A stretch of 64,000 nt of DNA from Monocercomonoides exilis PA203 (GCA_001643675.2 LSRY02000001.1:1736001-1800000), one strand, 5' to 3'. Shown: positions 31,044 through 47,219, counted from the first letter of the stretch. Notes: a model not told the origin generated them from the sequence alone. Numbers and translations: made by a program.

Positions 31044-31515
31044 TTAACTTTAAGTATGATTTGTCAGAAAGATTATCAATTTGATTGATAATAGTCTTTA
31101 AATCCTCGTCAAAATGTTTTCTGATCAATTTTACCAAATATTTTTGAATTTGTTGCTATTATCGTAATTTGAAAAAATGAAATAATCATTATTTCTTCAT
31201 CAAATGTTGCCTGTTTCTTTTGAACAACAAAGAAATGTATAAAATTATAATCTTATTTTTTTCTTTTTCGAATATTCTCTTTTGTCACATAAGAATTATT
31301 CAAAATGAGAATTTTTACAATCGGATTGATAATTTTGATGTTTGATATATAATTATTGTAATTTTGACGATGAAAGAAATAAAATTTTCAGATATTAATT
31401 GCAAATCTGATAAAATTTTTCGGAACACTTTTTTTCCTAATGAATCTGCATCAATTCATTATTGTTTCTTTCTTTGAAAGAGTGTGATTAATATTTGAAA
31501 ATTGTTATCCTTTCA

Positions 31516-31557
<42 letters not shown>

Positions 31558-31603
31558 AAAAGATCAAGATAAAGATAAAGATAAAGATAAAGATAAAGAT
31601 AAA

Positions 31604-32196
31604 GATTAAGATAAAATACATTCGTGTTATTTATTGAAATCATTATATTTCAAACAATAATTTTGGTTTGACTATTTTGTCAATGAACGAAAAAAAGCGA
31701 CAGTATATATTTGAAGATACAGATTTCTCATGAAATACCAGACAATATCGATTTCACAACAACTGCAAGAGGAATTATTCTGACAATTTTCCTCAAAATA
31801 TGTCTCATTAACGCAGACTCATTTGATATACAAAACTTTAAAAATAGCTTCATTTGTGTCCGAAAAAAATTAATGATTGAAAGCTCAAAGAAGCACAAAT
31901 TCCTATTTCTTTGAAATTTCAAATAATAATATTTTCTGAGCACAAATGAAGCTATTGTAAAAATTTTATATCTCAATTGAGTTAGTATTGATGAGATATG
32001 TTTTGAGGAAATTTGTCAGAATTATTCCTCTTGCGGTTGTTGTGAAATCGATATTGTCCGGTATTTTGTGCGACATCTGTGTATTAAAATATGTGCTGTC
32101 GCTTTTTTTTTGTTCATTAACAAAATAGTCAAACCAAAATTATTGTTTGAAATATAATGATTTCAATAAATAACACATATGAATTTTATCTTTATC
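31604..32196. repeat. Long foldback palindrome: two ~290-bp arms and a 14-nt loop
   Basis: 31604-31892 is the reverse complement of 31907-32196, about 85% identical by hand count with a single 1-nt indel and a 57-bp perfect run (31624-31680). Flanked by a poly-A/(GATAAA)n tract on the left and a T-rich tract on the right. Confidence 0.95.
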
Positions 32197-32576
32197 ATTA
32201 TGTTTTTCTTTTTCTTTTTCTTTTTCTTTTCTTTTCTTATCTTTCTTTCTTTCTTTTTTTTTTTTTTATAAAAGAATGAATAATTATGTCTATTGCAAAA
32301 TCATCAAAATTTCAAAGACAAATGGAACAAAATTCTTGAATTTCAGAAAAAACAATAAATTATTGAAAAAAAATATAAAAATTTAACCAACTAATTTTCC
32401 ACGTTAAAATTGCTACCTTGGCTTTAAGCTAACTCCTTGAAAATGAGAAACAAACATTAAAAAACAAAAAATTATCTGTACGTAACAACATCCATCGCAA
32501 ATTTCATTGTTCCGAATGTTGCCTCAAACATTTTTAAATTAAAAATGAATCTAATATTGATAAGTGCATTTAATGA

Positions 32577-36130
<3,554 letters not shown>

Positions 36131-36329
36131 AAATTCAGCTTACACGAAAATACGAAATATTTATTTTTTTCGAGAAAAATATCCTTGTGAAGAAATGATG
36201 GTTGGCATATACAAACCTTTTTCAGCCTTGCAATAATTCATAATATTATGTTCTCTTCAAAAACATGTTTTATTTCATTTAATTCCAACCATTATATAAC
36301 ATTCTATTTTTTTATTTCTTGTTTCCAAA

Positions 36330-37821
36330 ATGTCAAAAGAAGATTTAAACACAATGGATCAAGAAAAATATATAGAATCATTAGGAAAAATTATTGAAAG
36401 AGACTATTTCCCGGACTTGCCAAAGCTTCGCGTTTTATCTTCATTAAATACTATAAATGACGCAGCAATAGATGCAGTGAATAAATTGGAGTTTCCGACA
36501 GAAAGATCTAACAGCCCATCTGATTTACATCTTGACGAATTTCATTCAAAAGTTATCAGTGAAGATTCAGCATCGTGTGACACTTGCTAATTATTTGTTT
36601 TCTTTTATATGAAGAATTTTAATTTACTAACAGATTTAATGACCTCTTGCAGATCCAAAATGAACAGCTCAGAGAACGTTTTCCAGTACGAATTTTTTAT
36701 TTTTTGAGAAAACTTTTGTTAATGAATTTCTTAATGAAAATCTATATTTCAGTGGGCTTTTGCATCACACGAAAATAAGAAAACTAGTGAAGGCAATAAT
36801 TTAAAAGCAATTACAGATGGAAGTCATGATGGATCTGTAAAGATGGTCTGACACATTGATTCTTCTTTTATAAAAATTATGATAATAATTGTAATTATTA
36901 TTATTCCATTGTAAATCTTTTCAATTTTAGTTAACTGATGGAACTTCTCCCGCTTTTTCTGTAACATCTTCAGTGACTTCAAGTCGTCCACTTACAGAAA
37001 TCGTACTAAAAGAAACGTTTTCCTCTTCAACAAAAAGCCAATCACTTCATGATCTTATGCCACCTCCTTCAATTTCTCGTCAAAATACACATATTCTGCC
37101 TTCTGTTTTACACTCTACTCCTATTGACAACTCAAAGCTTCAGTCACAAACCGAAAAGTCACTTTCTTTATCCAGCAGCACTTCAGAGTCAGTCATTTCT
37201 TCCGAATTGCTTCATACTCCAATATTCACTCCACGAGTCCATTCATCTTCCGCTCTTTCTGATCCTTCATCTTCTACATCATCATCTACTTCTGGAGCCA
37301 TCCCTGTTACTCCGTTCATGACATGGGGAGTAATTCCAGTAACTCCTACCATTTTACCAAGCAACACTCCACTTCACACGCCACGACTTTCCGCACTGCC
37401 CGAAACGCCTTTGCGAGACGACAAGGCATTTGTGCTGGCGTTGAAAGCACGTGCAAAAGCACAAAAACGCGGTGTTGAGCTTCCGGGGATGAGTCGAAAA
37501 AGTCATTTTACAGCAGAAAAGCGGCTTGGTGCTGAAAGGACACGAGGAAAATCGAAGAGAAAAACACTTTTAGAGAAGATGGAGGCGGGTCGCGCATTGA
37601 CGGAAGGGATGATGACGATTAGGAAGGCAGAGAAAGAGGAAAACGAAGAGGCTTCGTTAAAACAAGACCAACTGGCAAAACTGAAACAACAGCTGTCTAA
37701 CAACAGAACCACTCCTTCTTTGATGAGTGGGCTGTCTCCCGCAGCGAAGCGTTTCGTGCTGACAAAAACACCTTTGAGAAGAGGGATTATTGCGAACAAG
37801 GCAAAGCATCAAACAAAATGA
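36330..37821 (+). CDS. ESS2: Splicing factor ESS2/DGCR14 (nuclear protein Es2) homolog, 4 exons
   Basis: MDQEKYIESLGKIIERDYFPDL, LDEFHSKVISEDSASF (across intron 36575-36633, which has a TACTAAC branch point), PFMTWG and LSPAAKR match ESS2 family motifs. Confidence 0.88.
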
Positions 37822-38220
37822 GGATTATTTCTATTCTGAGAGACTACAATTTTTAATTCTTAAACGCGTAATCAAAGCCCAAACAGAAGCCATTGATTGC
37901 TTCTCGAAGATGCACCAACAAACGTGCAATTCAAATAGCTTCTCAGGTTTAACTCTTTGCTTGCATTTTCAAGAACCTGAGAATCTTTAATTTGTGGATA
38001 TTGTTGATGGAGTAAATGTTGAATAAAGAGTTTTTTTCTTCTTTTGATAAAGTTATTGGTATTTCTTCCAATAAATATTATTCCACAGTCAACATTCATT
38101 TTTTCTTTTTTTCTTTCATTTATTACAATATATTCGCACAACACTCGAACAATCAAAAAATTTTTATTCGATCATTTGTATTATATTTTATTTTTCAAAT
38201 CAAACTGATTTTTATTCCGT

Positions 38221-41200
38221 ATGAGGGTGCATTTGTTCTTTTTAGCATGTCTGATTCTGGCAGAGACATTTAAATATCAAGTCATCTATGAAACAGCCAC
38301 ATTAGTAAACCAAGGTATTTTTTCAAATATAACTTTTAAATATAAATGTATTTATTTTGGTCAAGGCAACTCAAATGATGCACAATTTCCCACAAATGAC
38401 AATTATAATTATTTGTCAGAACAGAGAAAAGCATCAGGAATGGAAAGATGGAAGGCAGGAACATGCACAGCGATTTATTCATTTTTACGCTTTTCCAATT
38501 CTTCAGTTGGACTGGAAAATGTGGCAGTCGAATATTCTTCCTCGCCATTTATTCTAATAACAGATAAATCGAATGTGATGTTGGATTCCTGCATTTCCTC
38601 CCAAAAATCGGAATCTCCGTTTCATTTGCAAAGTGGGACTATCTGCCTCACAAACATGACTTTGATCCACCAAATGAGTCTTAACCCTTCCAGTCTCATA
38701 TTTTCATCTGATGACAAAAATTCAGCCATTTTGAGCAACTCCATCATGACAGACCTGGCTGTTTCAGCTTCAGACCATTTCCTGTTATCAGGAAAGAGCA
38801 AAAGCGAACAGATTGATAATTGTGCCTTCAGGAACATGTCTGTGAAATATGCCTCGAATAGTGATCATTTTGTGGAACATTCATGCTTTCGAAGTTCAAT
38901 GGAGAACAGCCTCATTTATTCGTGTGTGAATGTCTTTGAAGGAGGGATTTCGAGTGGATCGTATTCTTCACAGGAATTCATCTGCAAAAACACAACAATA
39001 AACTTTGGGAAAAGAGAAATGATTGCCCTTCAGAAAAAAGAAAAACTGATCACGACAGAAAGCCAGTCATTTTCGTTGTGTGAATGGGAAGATTGCACAT
39101 CCCCGTATGGAGGCGCTCTTTATGTTCATGACAATGCAAGTGCCATTCTCACAGTCGAGAATTCTTCATTCACAAGATGCGAAGCAACTTCTACAAGAGG
39201 CGGAGGAATATATGCACAAAGAATTGCTGAATGCATTGTGCTTCATTCAACATTTGATCAATGTGTTGCATATGGTCCTTCAGATTATGGAGGAGGGGGG
39301 ATTCAATTTGAAAATGTATATGTTCAACCGATGGTTGATGATTGTTATTTTAATAATTGTTCTGCTGCCAATGATGGAGGGGGAATAAGCATTTTAAATG
39401 AAACTACTCAAAAACAAAAAAAATGTGTGATAAACTCGTTTTTTAAATTTTGTCAAGCATCTAACTCAACAGATTCTATTGGAGGTGCAATTATTCATTG
39501 GGACTGCACTGATCAAGTGGTTGTATCAAATTGCCTATTTTACTGTTGCCATTCAGTATGTGGAGGAGGTGCAGTTGGAATAATGATTAATGCATATAAT
39601 AAGGGAGTTTTATTTTATTTCTGTTTTTTCCATAATAACACATGCATGAAAGGAGGACATGATATTATTCTGCAAAACTCAACGTCAAATAATATTGATC
39701 CAAGTTGCTATTCGACAAGACAAACATCAAACAGAGTCAGTACAAATTGGAATCTAATTACAGACAGAAGCGAATGGCTACGCAAAGATTTTGGAAATGT
39801 GAGATTTGTATCTTCAACTGATTCGCAACCAAAAGGCATAGACACATATGTATGTGGAATTAATGAATCTCATCCATGCAGCACTGTCAGCCATTGTTTG
39901 TCTCAGCTTATTCCAGACTTGGTTCCCAATGTCGAGGTATCTTCGGGAACGATTATCGAAACAAATAGTTTTGATTGTGGGATCAACACTTTCACTGTTT
40001 ATGGCCAAAGCAATATGAGCACAGCAATCCAAACAGAATTTGAAGTATCTGGGTTATCTCTTTTTTCAGTCTCAACAGGCACATTGACTGCCAGAGACTT
40101 TGTTCTTGTGCATGACTCGGCTCATCCGAATAACCGTGGGTCTAGACTGTTTGAGATAAGTGGAGCAGGAGGAATGAGGATCAGCCGACTGAACATATCT
40201 TTTGGGAGCGGACAATCAACAGAAACAGCATTTTCGACAGAACTGATAAATGTTCAGAATGGGATGTTGCAGATGGAACATGTGAACTGGGCAAAGACTA
40301 TTTCCAGAAATTCACTGTTTTCGCCTTCTTCTACAAATGAGATTTCATTGACACTTTCAGAATGTACCTTTGATGGGATTGAGAGAGCAACAAGCGGAGC
40401 AGCAGTGATGTCTTTTTCGAATGACAAGGCCAACATTGATGTGAATTCTTGCATATTTTCTGGTTGTGGAAGCAGAACATCAGCTGATGGGGGATCGATG
40501 ATGCTGTGTGTTGGGAATGGAAATGAAGTGAAAGTGAAAGGTGGATCTTTTGATGGGTGCTTTTGCTCTGCAACATATGGATTTGGGGGAGGAATTCTTC
40601 TTCGATTATTGAATGAAAATCCAGATTTCCTGATCTCCTCTTCGTTTGGCACAAATACAGCCAAATGGGGAAGCGACATCTTCGTCATTTCACCCAATCT
40701 GGAAGAAACAACAAAATCAGAAAACATCACATGTGTGACAGATTCATTGGATTCTCTTGAGAAGGTGAGAGGATATGACGATGGAAACAACAGTGTGGCC
40801 ATTCCTCTGTGCATCTATCTCCTCCCCACCCCAGAAGAAATATATGTGAGTAATACTGAGGCATCTGATCACTCACATTGTGGAATTGTCCAATTCCCAT
40901 GTTTGACTTTGAAGCACTCACTCGCACGGTTGACAGGAGAAAAGAAAGTTGTTGTGAATGGAATGATTGCGATGAGTGATGAATTAACATTTGTTGGACA
41001 GAAACATGAAATCCGAGGAAATGATGATGAAAGTGGTTGGACAGTCTCTGATTCAAGTGAGACATCCAATTCATCCATGATTTCAGCCAGTGTTGAAACA
41101 GAATTATCAAAACTCATCTTCTCTCTTCCATCTTCCCTTTCTCTTCACTCCACTTTCATTTCGTCATCTTCATCATCAATGACTCTGTCTCAATGTTCGC

Positions 41201-44200
41201 TTTCTCTTCAAAATCCATCATCAGAATTGACATTTCTGTTCTTGTCTGTTGAGTCAGGGATCCTGATAATCGACAAATTCTCAGCTTCATCAATTGATTT
41301 GAGGAGAAATCCATTGATCTCATTGTCTGGAAGTGGAACAAATAGCGAGTTAATGAGCACTCTGTGGTTGAACATGACAAACTGCAATTTCACAAAAATC
41401 GAAAGAGCAGCTGGAAGTGGAGGGTGTGTGAGCATTGACAACAGCAATGATGAAAATACAAATTCACAAATAAATATTGAAGAATGTTCATTCGATGGAT
41501 GCTCTGTGCTTGCTGATGAAAGCAGAGGAGGGGCCATCAATGTGCAGTTAAAAGGGAATACGCATTTAGATATTATTTCTTGCACATTCACAGGATGCAC
41601 AGCACCAGCTGAAGGACGAAAGATTGGGTTTGGAGGAGGGATTGCACTGAAGCTGATTGATGATGATGCTTCATTTGTGATCTCATCCCCTGTTTTTGAG
41701 GCAGACAAGCCAAATATTGCAAATAATGGAAATGATCTGTTTGTCGAATCATCGAATCTGACAAAGAGCGTTACAAACACCTCTCTTCCATTTGTGACTG
41801 GGCATCTGGCAGATATTTCGTTTGATTCAATGAGAGGCTTTGATGGGAGTGACACAACGAATGCCATTCCACTGGTCAATTTCTGGCGAGCAATTGGATC
41901 AGAGATATTTATTGGGAGCGAAGGTTGTGATGTGTGTGTGTGTGGATTCTCAGATTATCCTTGTCTGTCAATTGATTATTCATTGGATCGATTGCCAGAA
42001 GGAAATGAAAGGAATGTCAGCATCATTGGAAAAGGGTATCTTCAAAAATGTGATGATGTGAGTGGAATTTCAATAAAATCAGCTGATGAAGAAATGTGTT
42101 CTTTGGAGTGTCTCTCATCTCTTGAAGGAGCAGAAGGAGCAGCAATGAAGATTTGTCGCATCACCAATTTCGAGCTGATCAAGTTTGTGATTCCATCTTC
42201 ATTTGCAAGTGGAGTGAATGTTTTGATGCATGTTGGATCAAGCGAAGGATTGTTGACTGTGAAAGACTGCTCATTCACCAAAAAAGGAGATGAGAGAGAA
42301 GACACTATCAACTTTGGGCTGATCAAAGCAGAAGGAGGGACAGTTGTGCTGGAATTGGTGACGATGCAATTGTTGAGCTTTTCTCAGGATGTTATTTCTG
42401 TGTTGTCAACAACGGTGCTGAATGCGAAAAATCTGACGATGAAGAATATTGAGTTGGATAGAGCAAGTGGATTGAGGATATCAAAGGGATCAGCCGGAGA
42501 GAAGAGAGGGAGCAATGAAGGAGAACAAAACATTGTTATTGAGTGGAGTTTGTTTGAAGAAGTCACCCAGAACAAGACAGAAAACATTCCCGTCATTCGA
42601 AATGACAATGATGAGCCATTGAAAATGGGAGTTCGGAACACGACGATGAAGAGATGTGGTGGAACGAGGTGTGGAAAGGGAGGAGGGATGTTTTGTGTGT
42701 TGAATGAGGGAGGAAGTTTTGAGTGCTCATTTTGCACGATTTCAGAGTGTTTCTGCTCGACTGCAGGAAGAGGTGGGTGGTTGTTTCTGGAATGCACCTC
42801 GATAGCTGAGCAGCCTCTGAATTTTGTTCTGTCGAACATCACATTCAGAGACAACAACGCATTGAGAGGGAGAGATGTGTATGTTCGATGCCACTCAATC
42901 GAAACACAAATTGTTGATGAGCAATTCTTGCTGGATTTCAGAGCGCCATTTGTGAAGGATCTTGCAATATGGGGATGCACAACAGACTCGTTTGAAGGAG
43001 AAGAAGATCTTTTGTTGAGGGTTGTGAAATATCAGAGCGAGACGATATTTGTGTCATCAATTGCAGACAATCGCGCAGACAGCAAGCAATGTGGAGAATT
43101 GGACACGCCATGCCACTCATTGAGTTTTGGAATTCAGCATATCATTCCATCTCTGTACTCGCAGCTGCTGATCTTGGGGCAAACAGAAATTGTTGGGAAG
43201 TGTGATGTTCTTGATGTGACCATCCGCTCACTTCAATCTCCCTCAGCTGCTTTGGTGCATCTGAATTCAACAATAACCAATGAGGGAAATCTGATCACAA
43301 CCTCAGAAAAAGTACGGATCGAAAGTGTGAAATTCAATTTTGGTCAGTTATTTTCATATTCAGGCAATTCAATCATTCATGAAGCAAAGGGTCAACTTTC
43401 TCTTTCATTTGTTGATTTTTCTTTGGTTGGCGAATCAGAAAGCATTGAATCTGTTGTTCTGAATTCAACATTGTTGAGCATCGAAAATGGAATTCTTCAT
43501 GTTGACAACTGTTCAATATCAATGCTTTCATTCAAGAAGCCTTCATTTTTGTTAAATGGAGATGAGGTTTCAATCACAAATATGAAACTGGAACAAATTG
43601 AATCAACAACAGATGTATTTGAGATTGGACAATGTGAAAGTGTTGCATTGAATGGAGTATCTGCAGATGGAGTGAAATTGTCTGAGGGTTGCGTTATTGC
43701 GTTAAACGATTTGTCATCAGGAACAGTTTCTATTGGAATCTCCTCATTCAACAACTGTTCGAGAAATTCAGAAGGAGCTTCTGTTCTTTCAGCTTCTTCA
43801 TCATCTGCTCAAATCGTTCTTTCAAACTGTTCCTATTCAAATTGCGATTCTCTATCTGAAAAAGGAAGCATTATGGAGATGAACAATGCAAAGGATGCTT
43901 CGATGGATTTATGTCAATTTATTGGAGTGAAAACAAAAGAAAGTATAAATAAGAGAAACAGCGATTTTGAAGAAATATGTAAGTGGAATGGATCGCTTGT
44001 TCACTCAGCGAATTCTTCATTGATGATGAAGTATGTGACAATAATGAATGCTTCATCAGGTGGATTGTCAGTGTCTGCAGGCGATGTGACGATTGAGAAA
44101 GGGGAGTTTTTGAACAACAATCCATTCATTGAAAAATATCCATCAGTGAGAAGAAACATCATTTGTTCAGATTCAGCATCGCTGTCCATTTCCAGCTTGA

Positions 44201-45972
44201 AAGGGGGAGATGGACAAGAGAAGAATTCTTCTCTTTGGATGTTGAACGATGGATGTGATTTGAGAGGGATAGCAGGAGAAAGGTCATCTCCATTTTTCAT
44301 TCCCAAACTGGAAGATGTTTCAGTGAATGAAAATGGCAGCAATGTTGTTGTGAAATTCAGGGGATCTCTTTTTGTGCCATGTGATTTGTCATTCAGGTTG
44401 ATATTCAAAACAGGGGATGTGGAGTTGGTTGAGACATATCCATTTGAGGAAGACAGTTTTGTATCAGAAACAGAAGTGATTGGAAGAGTTCCATCAGAAA
44501 AAATTTCAAATATTGGAGATGAAACAGAGGTGTCAGTGATGATTCTGTTTGGAAAACAATTGGCTGCAACTTCTCCTCAGATTCTGAAGAACAAAACAGA
44601 ACCAAAGACTGGAAATGAAAAAATGGTTGAAGGAAGAAAAGAAGGGAAATCTTATTGGTTGTTGATTGTGATAATAATGGCAGTTATTCTTTTGATTGTT
44701 CTGATTGTTTCTGTTATTCTTGCAGTTCGATGGAGGAAATCTGAGAGACGAACAGAAGAATTGGAAGAAATAGTGAATGATACAGTGAAGAAGGATCCAA
44801 AAGCATTCGAGATGGTGACGATGGAGATGTCTCCAGAGGAGCAATGGAGGAAGGCAGAGAGGGAAGCAGAGAAGAAGAATGAAGAGAGGATAAAGAAGAG
44901 GGTGTATGACAAGACACTGGAACATTCAGAGTCATCAGAGCATTTGCTGAGTGAGAGTGGTTCCACTGAATACATCCTGGGAAGAGATTCAGACAAGATC
45001 CCTGATTGGGCATTAGAAAAGGAAGAGGAGGAAGAGGTGAGAAAGAGATCGCCTTCACCTTCTATCTCATCCACTTCAACAACTGATTCAAATTCAACAT
45101 TTGTTCGAGGGGAGGATCTGTGTCCAACCACTTCATCGATGTCGAATCTGGTGGATGCGATGGCCTGTTCATCTCCCCATGAGAAGCTGATTGTGGATCT
45201 GAGGGATTCACTGTTCATGCTGTTGCATGGAAGGAACAAGACAAAAGAGATGGCGATTGGCACTCTGCAGGAGAGGGAGGTGACAGCTGCACAGATCCTG
45301 TTCTGGGTGGCGAATCTGGCACTCCACTCCTTTGATGAAATGGACAATCCTCTCTCATCTCTTGCCAATCTCAGTCCACACGTTGTGCTGTTCTCTGAGC
45401 ACATGGTGATCTGTATTGTGATGCATTCGAACTTCCTTTCTTCTGACGATTCAGATTCCTCATCGATCTCTTCATTAACTGTTGTCTCTTCTTCTTCCTC
45501 CAATATTTCAGTGATGAGCGAGAGATTCACAGACTCTCCACCTCCATCATCTGCCTTTGAGGATGAGGAACTTTTCAAAAAAGAGTGCCTGAGGTGGAAA
45601 GCACCAGAATTGTTGATCAACAAGAATATGGGAGCGAAAAAGAAGTCAGTTTCATTCTCGATTGGGATGATGCTATGGGAGTGCCTGACATTGGAGATTC
45701 CATTTGGAGAATATGAGGGTGAGGTGGCAGGGCAGAAGATCGTGAATGGGGAGAGGCCAGACATGTCAGAAATCGAAGGCACGACATTCTGTCGCCTGGT
45801 GAGATCGGCAGTGGCGCAGAGCAAAGACGATCGCCCGTCGCTGTTTGTGATGAAGCGCGAGTTTTTCCAACACTTTCCGGCTGGAGTGATGATGGTGACT
45901 GTGTCAGATGCAATCGATTACACCGAAGACTCAAAAGTTGTGAGTGCCTCGTTCATCTCGGACATGCAGTGA
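38221..45972 (+). CDS. Second giant receptor-like beta-helix/TM/pseudokinase paralog (2,583 aa)
   Basis: Signal peptide MRVHLFFLACLILA; four CG..PC modules (~39802, 40840, 41905, 43045); TM YWLLIVIIMAVILLIVLIVSVILAV (~44653-44727); cytoplasmic part nearly identical to that of 1642-10665. Confidence 0.9.
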   Translation: MRVHLFFLACLILAETFKYQVIYETATLVNQGIFSNITFKYKCIYFGQGNSNDAQFPTNDNYNYLSEQRKASGMERWKAGTCTAIYSFLRFSNSSVGLENVAVEYSSSPFILITDKSNVMLDSCISSQKSESPFHLQSGTICLTNMTLIHQMSLNPSSLIFSSDDKNSAILSNSIMTDLAVSASDHFLLSGKSKSEQIDNCAFRNMSVKYASNSDHFVEHSCFRSSMENSLIYSCVNVFEGGISSGSYSSQEFICKNTTINFGKREMIALQKKEKLITTESQSFSLCEWEDCTSPYGGALYVHDNASAILTVENSSFTRCEATSTRGGGIYAQRIAECIVLHSTFDQCVAYGPSDYGGGGIQFENVYVQPMVDDCYFNNCSAANDGGGISILNETTQKQKKCVINSFFKFCQASNSTDSIGGAIIHWDCTDQVVVSNCLFYCCHSVCGGGAVGIMINAYNKGVLFYFCFFHNNTCMKGGHDIILQNSTSNNIDPSCYSTRQTSNRVSTNWNLITDRSEWLRKDFGNVRFVSSTDSQPKGIDTYVCGINESHPCSTVSHCLSQLIPDLVPNVEVSSGTIIETNSFDCGINTFTVYGQSNMSTAIQTEFEVSGLSLFSVSTGTLTARDFVLVHDSAHPNNRGSRLFEISGAGGMRISRLNISFGSGQSTETAFSTELINVQNGMLQMEHVNWAKTISRNSLFSPSSTNEISLTLSECTFDGIERATSGAAVMSFSNDKANIDVNSCIFSGCGSRTSADGGSMMLCVGNGNEVKVKGGSFDGCFCSATYGFGGGILLRLLNENPDFLISSSFGTNTAKWGSDIFVISPNLEETTKSENITCVTDSLDSLEKVRGYDDGNNSVAIPLCIYLLPTPEEIYVSNTEASDHSHCGIVQFPCLTLKHSLARLTGEKKVVVNGMIAMSDELTFVGQKHEIRGNDDESGWTVSDSSETSNSSMISASVETELSKLIFSLPSSLSLHSTFISSSSSSMTLSQCSLSLQNPSSELTFLFLSVESGILIIDKFSASSIDLRRNPLISLSGSGTNSELMSTLWLNMTNCNFTKIERAAGSGGCVSIDNSNDENTNSQINIEECSFDGCSVLADESRGGAINVQLKGNTHLDIISCTFTGCTAPAEGRKIGFGGGIALKLIDDDASFVISSPVFEADKPNIANNGNDLFVESSNLTKSVTNTSLPFVTGHLADISFDSMRGFDGSDTTNAIPLVNFWRAIGSEIFIGSEGCDVCVCGFSDYPCLSIDYSLDRLPEGNERNVSIIGKGYLQKCDDVSGISIKSADEEMCSLECLSSLEGAEGAAMKICRITNFELIKFVIPSSFASGVNVLMHVGSSEGLLTVKDCSFTKKGDEREDTINFGLIKAEGGTVVLELVTMQLLSFSQDVISVLSTTVLNAKNLTMKNIELDRASGLRISKGSAGEKRGSNEGEQNIVIEWSLFEEVTQNKTENIPVIRNDNDEPLKMGVRNTTMKRCGGTRCGKGGGMFCVLNEGGSFECSFCTISECFCSTAGRGGWLFLECTSIAEQPLNFVLSNITFRDNNALRGRDVYVRCHSIETQIVDEQFLLDFRAPFVKDLAIWGCTTDSFEGEEDLLLRVVKYQSETIFVSSIADNRADSKQCGELDTPCHSLSFGIQHIIPSLYSQLLILGQTEIVGKCDVLDVTIRSLQSPSAALVHLNSTITNEGNLITTSEKVRIESVKFNFGQLFSYSGNSIIHEAKGQLSLSFVDFSLVGESESIESVVLNSTLLSIENGILHVDNCSISMLSFKKPSFLLNGDEVSITNMKLEQIESTTDVFEIGQCESVALNGVSADGVKLSEGCVIALNDLSSGTVSIGISSFNNCSRNSEGASVLSASSSSAQIVLSNCSYSNCDSLSEKGSIMEMNNAKDASMDLCQFIGVKTKESINKRNSDFEEICKWNGSLVHSANSSLMMKYVTIMNASSGGLSVSAGDVTIEKGEFLNNNPFIEKYPSVRRNIICSDSASLSISSLKGGDGQEKNSSLWMLNDGCDLRGIAGERSSPFFIPKLEDVSVNENGSNVVVKFRGSLFVPCDLSFRLIFKTGDVELVETYPFEEDSFVSETEVIGRVPSEKISNIGDETEVSVMILFGKQLAATSPQILKNKTEPKTGNEKMVEGRKEGKSYWLLIVIIMAVILLIVLIVSVILAVRWRKSERRTEELEEIVNDTVKKDPKAFEMVTMEMSPEEQWRKAEREAEKKNEERIKKRVYDKTLEHSESSEHLLSESGSTEYILGRDSDKIPDWALEKEEEEEVRKRSPSPSISSTSTTDSNSTFVRGEDLCPTTSSMSNLVDAMACSSPHEKLIVDLRDSLFMLLHGRNKTKEMAIGTLQEREVTAAQILFWVANLALHSFDEMDNPLSSLANLSPHVVLFSEHMVICIVMHSNFLSSDDSDSSSISSLTVVSSSSSNISVMSERFTDSPPPSSAFEDEELFKKECLRWKAPELLINKNMGAKKKSVSFSIGMMLWECLTLEIPFGEYEGEVAGQKIVNGERPDMSEIEGTTFCRLVRSAVAQSKDDRPSLFVMKREFFQHFPAGVMMVTVSDAIDYTEDSKVVSASFISDMQ

Positions 45973-47219
45973 GGCTGAGTTGTTCTTTGAGCAGCAATTG
46001 CTCCACATCCTGGCTTCGTTAAAGCAATCGTCGGAACTTCTTTGCATTGTTAATATTTGTCAACACACTGGGAAAGATTCTTCAAATGCTTTCGAGTCAA
46101 TGGTAATTTTGAAAGATGTGCAGTCAAATGAGGGAGCGAAAAACGAAATCAGCATGATTGACTATTCGATTCAGACTTATTTTTCAGTTTTTATCCGCTT
46201 CTGCATGAAGGGCGAGAACATGAATCAATACAGCTATTTCATTTTTTGATTTTGATTTTGTTTTTCAGTGATGTTTGGCTTATATTGATTATTCTTTCCT
46301 TTTTCCGTGTTTTTATTTTGAATAATCAGCATTTTCAATTTTCAGTGCAATGAGAAACACCTTGAAAATTTTATCATTTTATCATTTTTCGTTTTGTGTA
46401 ATTCCATGTTTATATTTTGTAATATTGTTGCTCTCTTTTGCAATGATTCTGTTCATATTTGCAAATCAACCATTTTTCTCTCATTTTATTTTCAAAAAAC
46501 AACTCTTTTTTTATGATTATCTGTTCATCACATTTTGTATATATTCATTATTATTTTTAATGTTTGTATATTTTATGAATGATTATTCTTCTTTTTTGAA
46601 GTCAGAAGTGGCATCTTCATTTTTTTAAAAAACATTAATGATGAAAAATCAAACTCACACATTGAAAATATCTCAATATTTTCTTTTCCTTCGGGGAAAA
46701 ATAAAATAAAATAAAATAAAAATAAATAAATTAATAAAATTGTTCATTCTTTTTCTATTCTTAAAGAACACAGTTATGCGTTGAAATAAAGAAAATTTCT
46801 TTTCGCTTGGTTAAAATAATATTACAATTTCTTCTTGTATGATTATTTTATTTTATTTTTCATTTCATTTCATTTCATTTTTTTTTTTTTTTATTATTTA
46901 TTATTTTTTTAAAAAATACTCTTACAAATATTCCAATGGAATAAACAATTAATGAATGTTTTTGTTTCTTCATTTTGCGTAATATAATCATCAAAAACAA
47001 TTCAGTTATATGACTATTTCCAATGCTTTGCTATGAAATAAGGCATTTATGCTATTTTTAAAAATTTTCTTCTTCAATTTTTGCAAATAACTGAGTGAAA
47101 TGTTTTAAATTTTTGATGAAGTGAAAAAGGAAAAAATGAATATCAAATACAAAAGACATTCGTCAGCGTTGCGTTATATCTTGTTGTCAAAGTATCATTT
47201 TCAAAACGCAGATTTTCCG

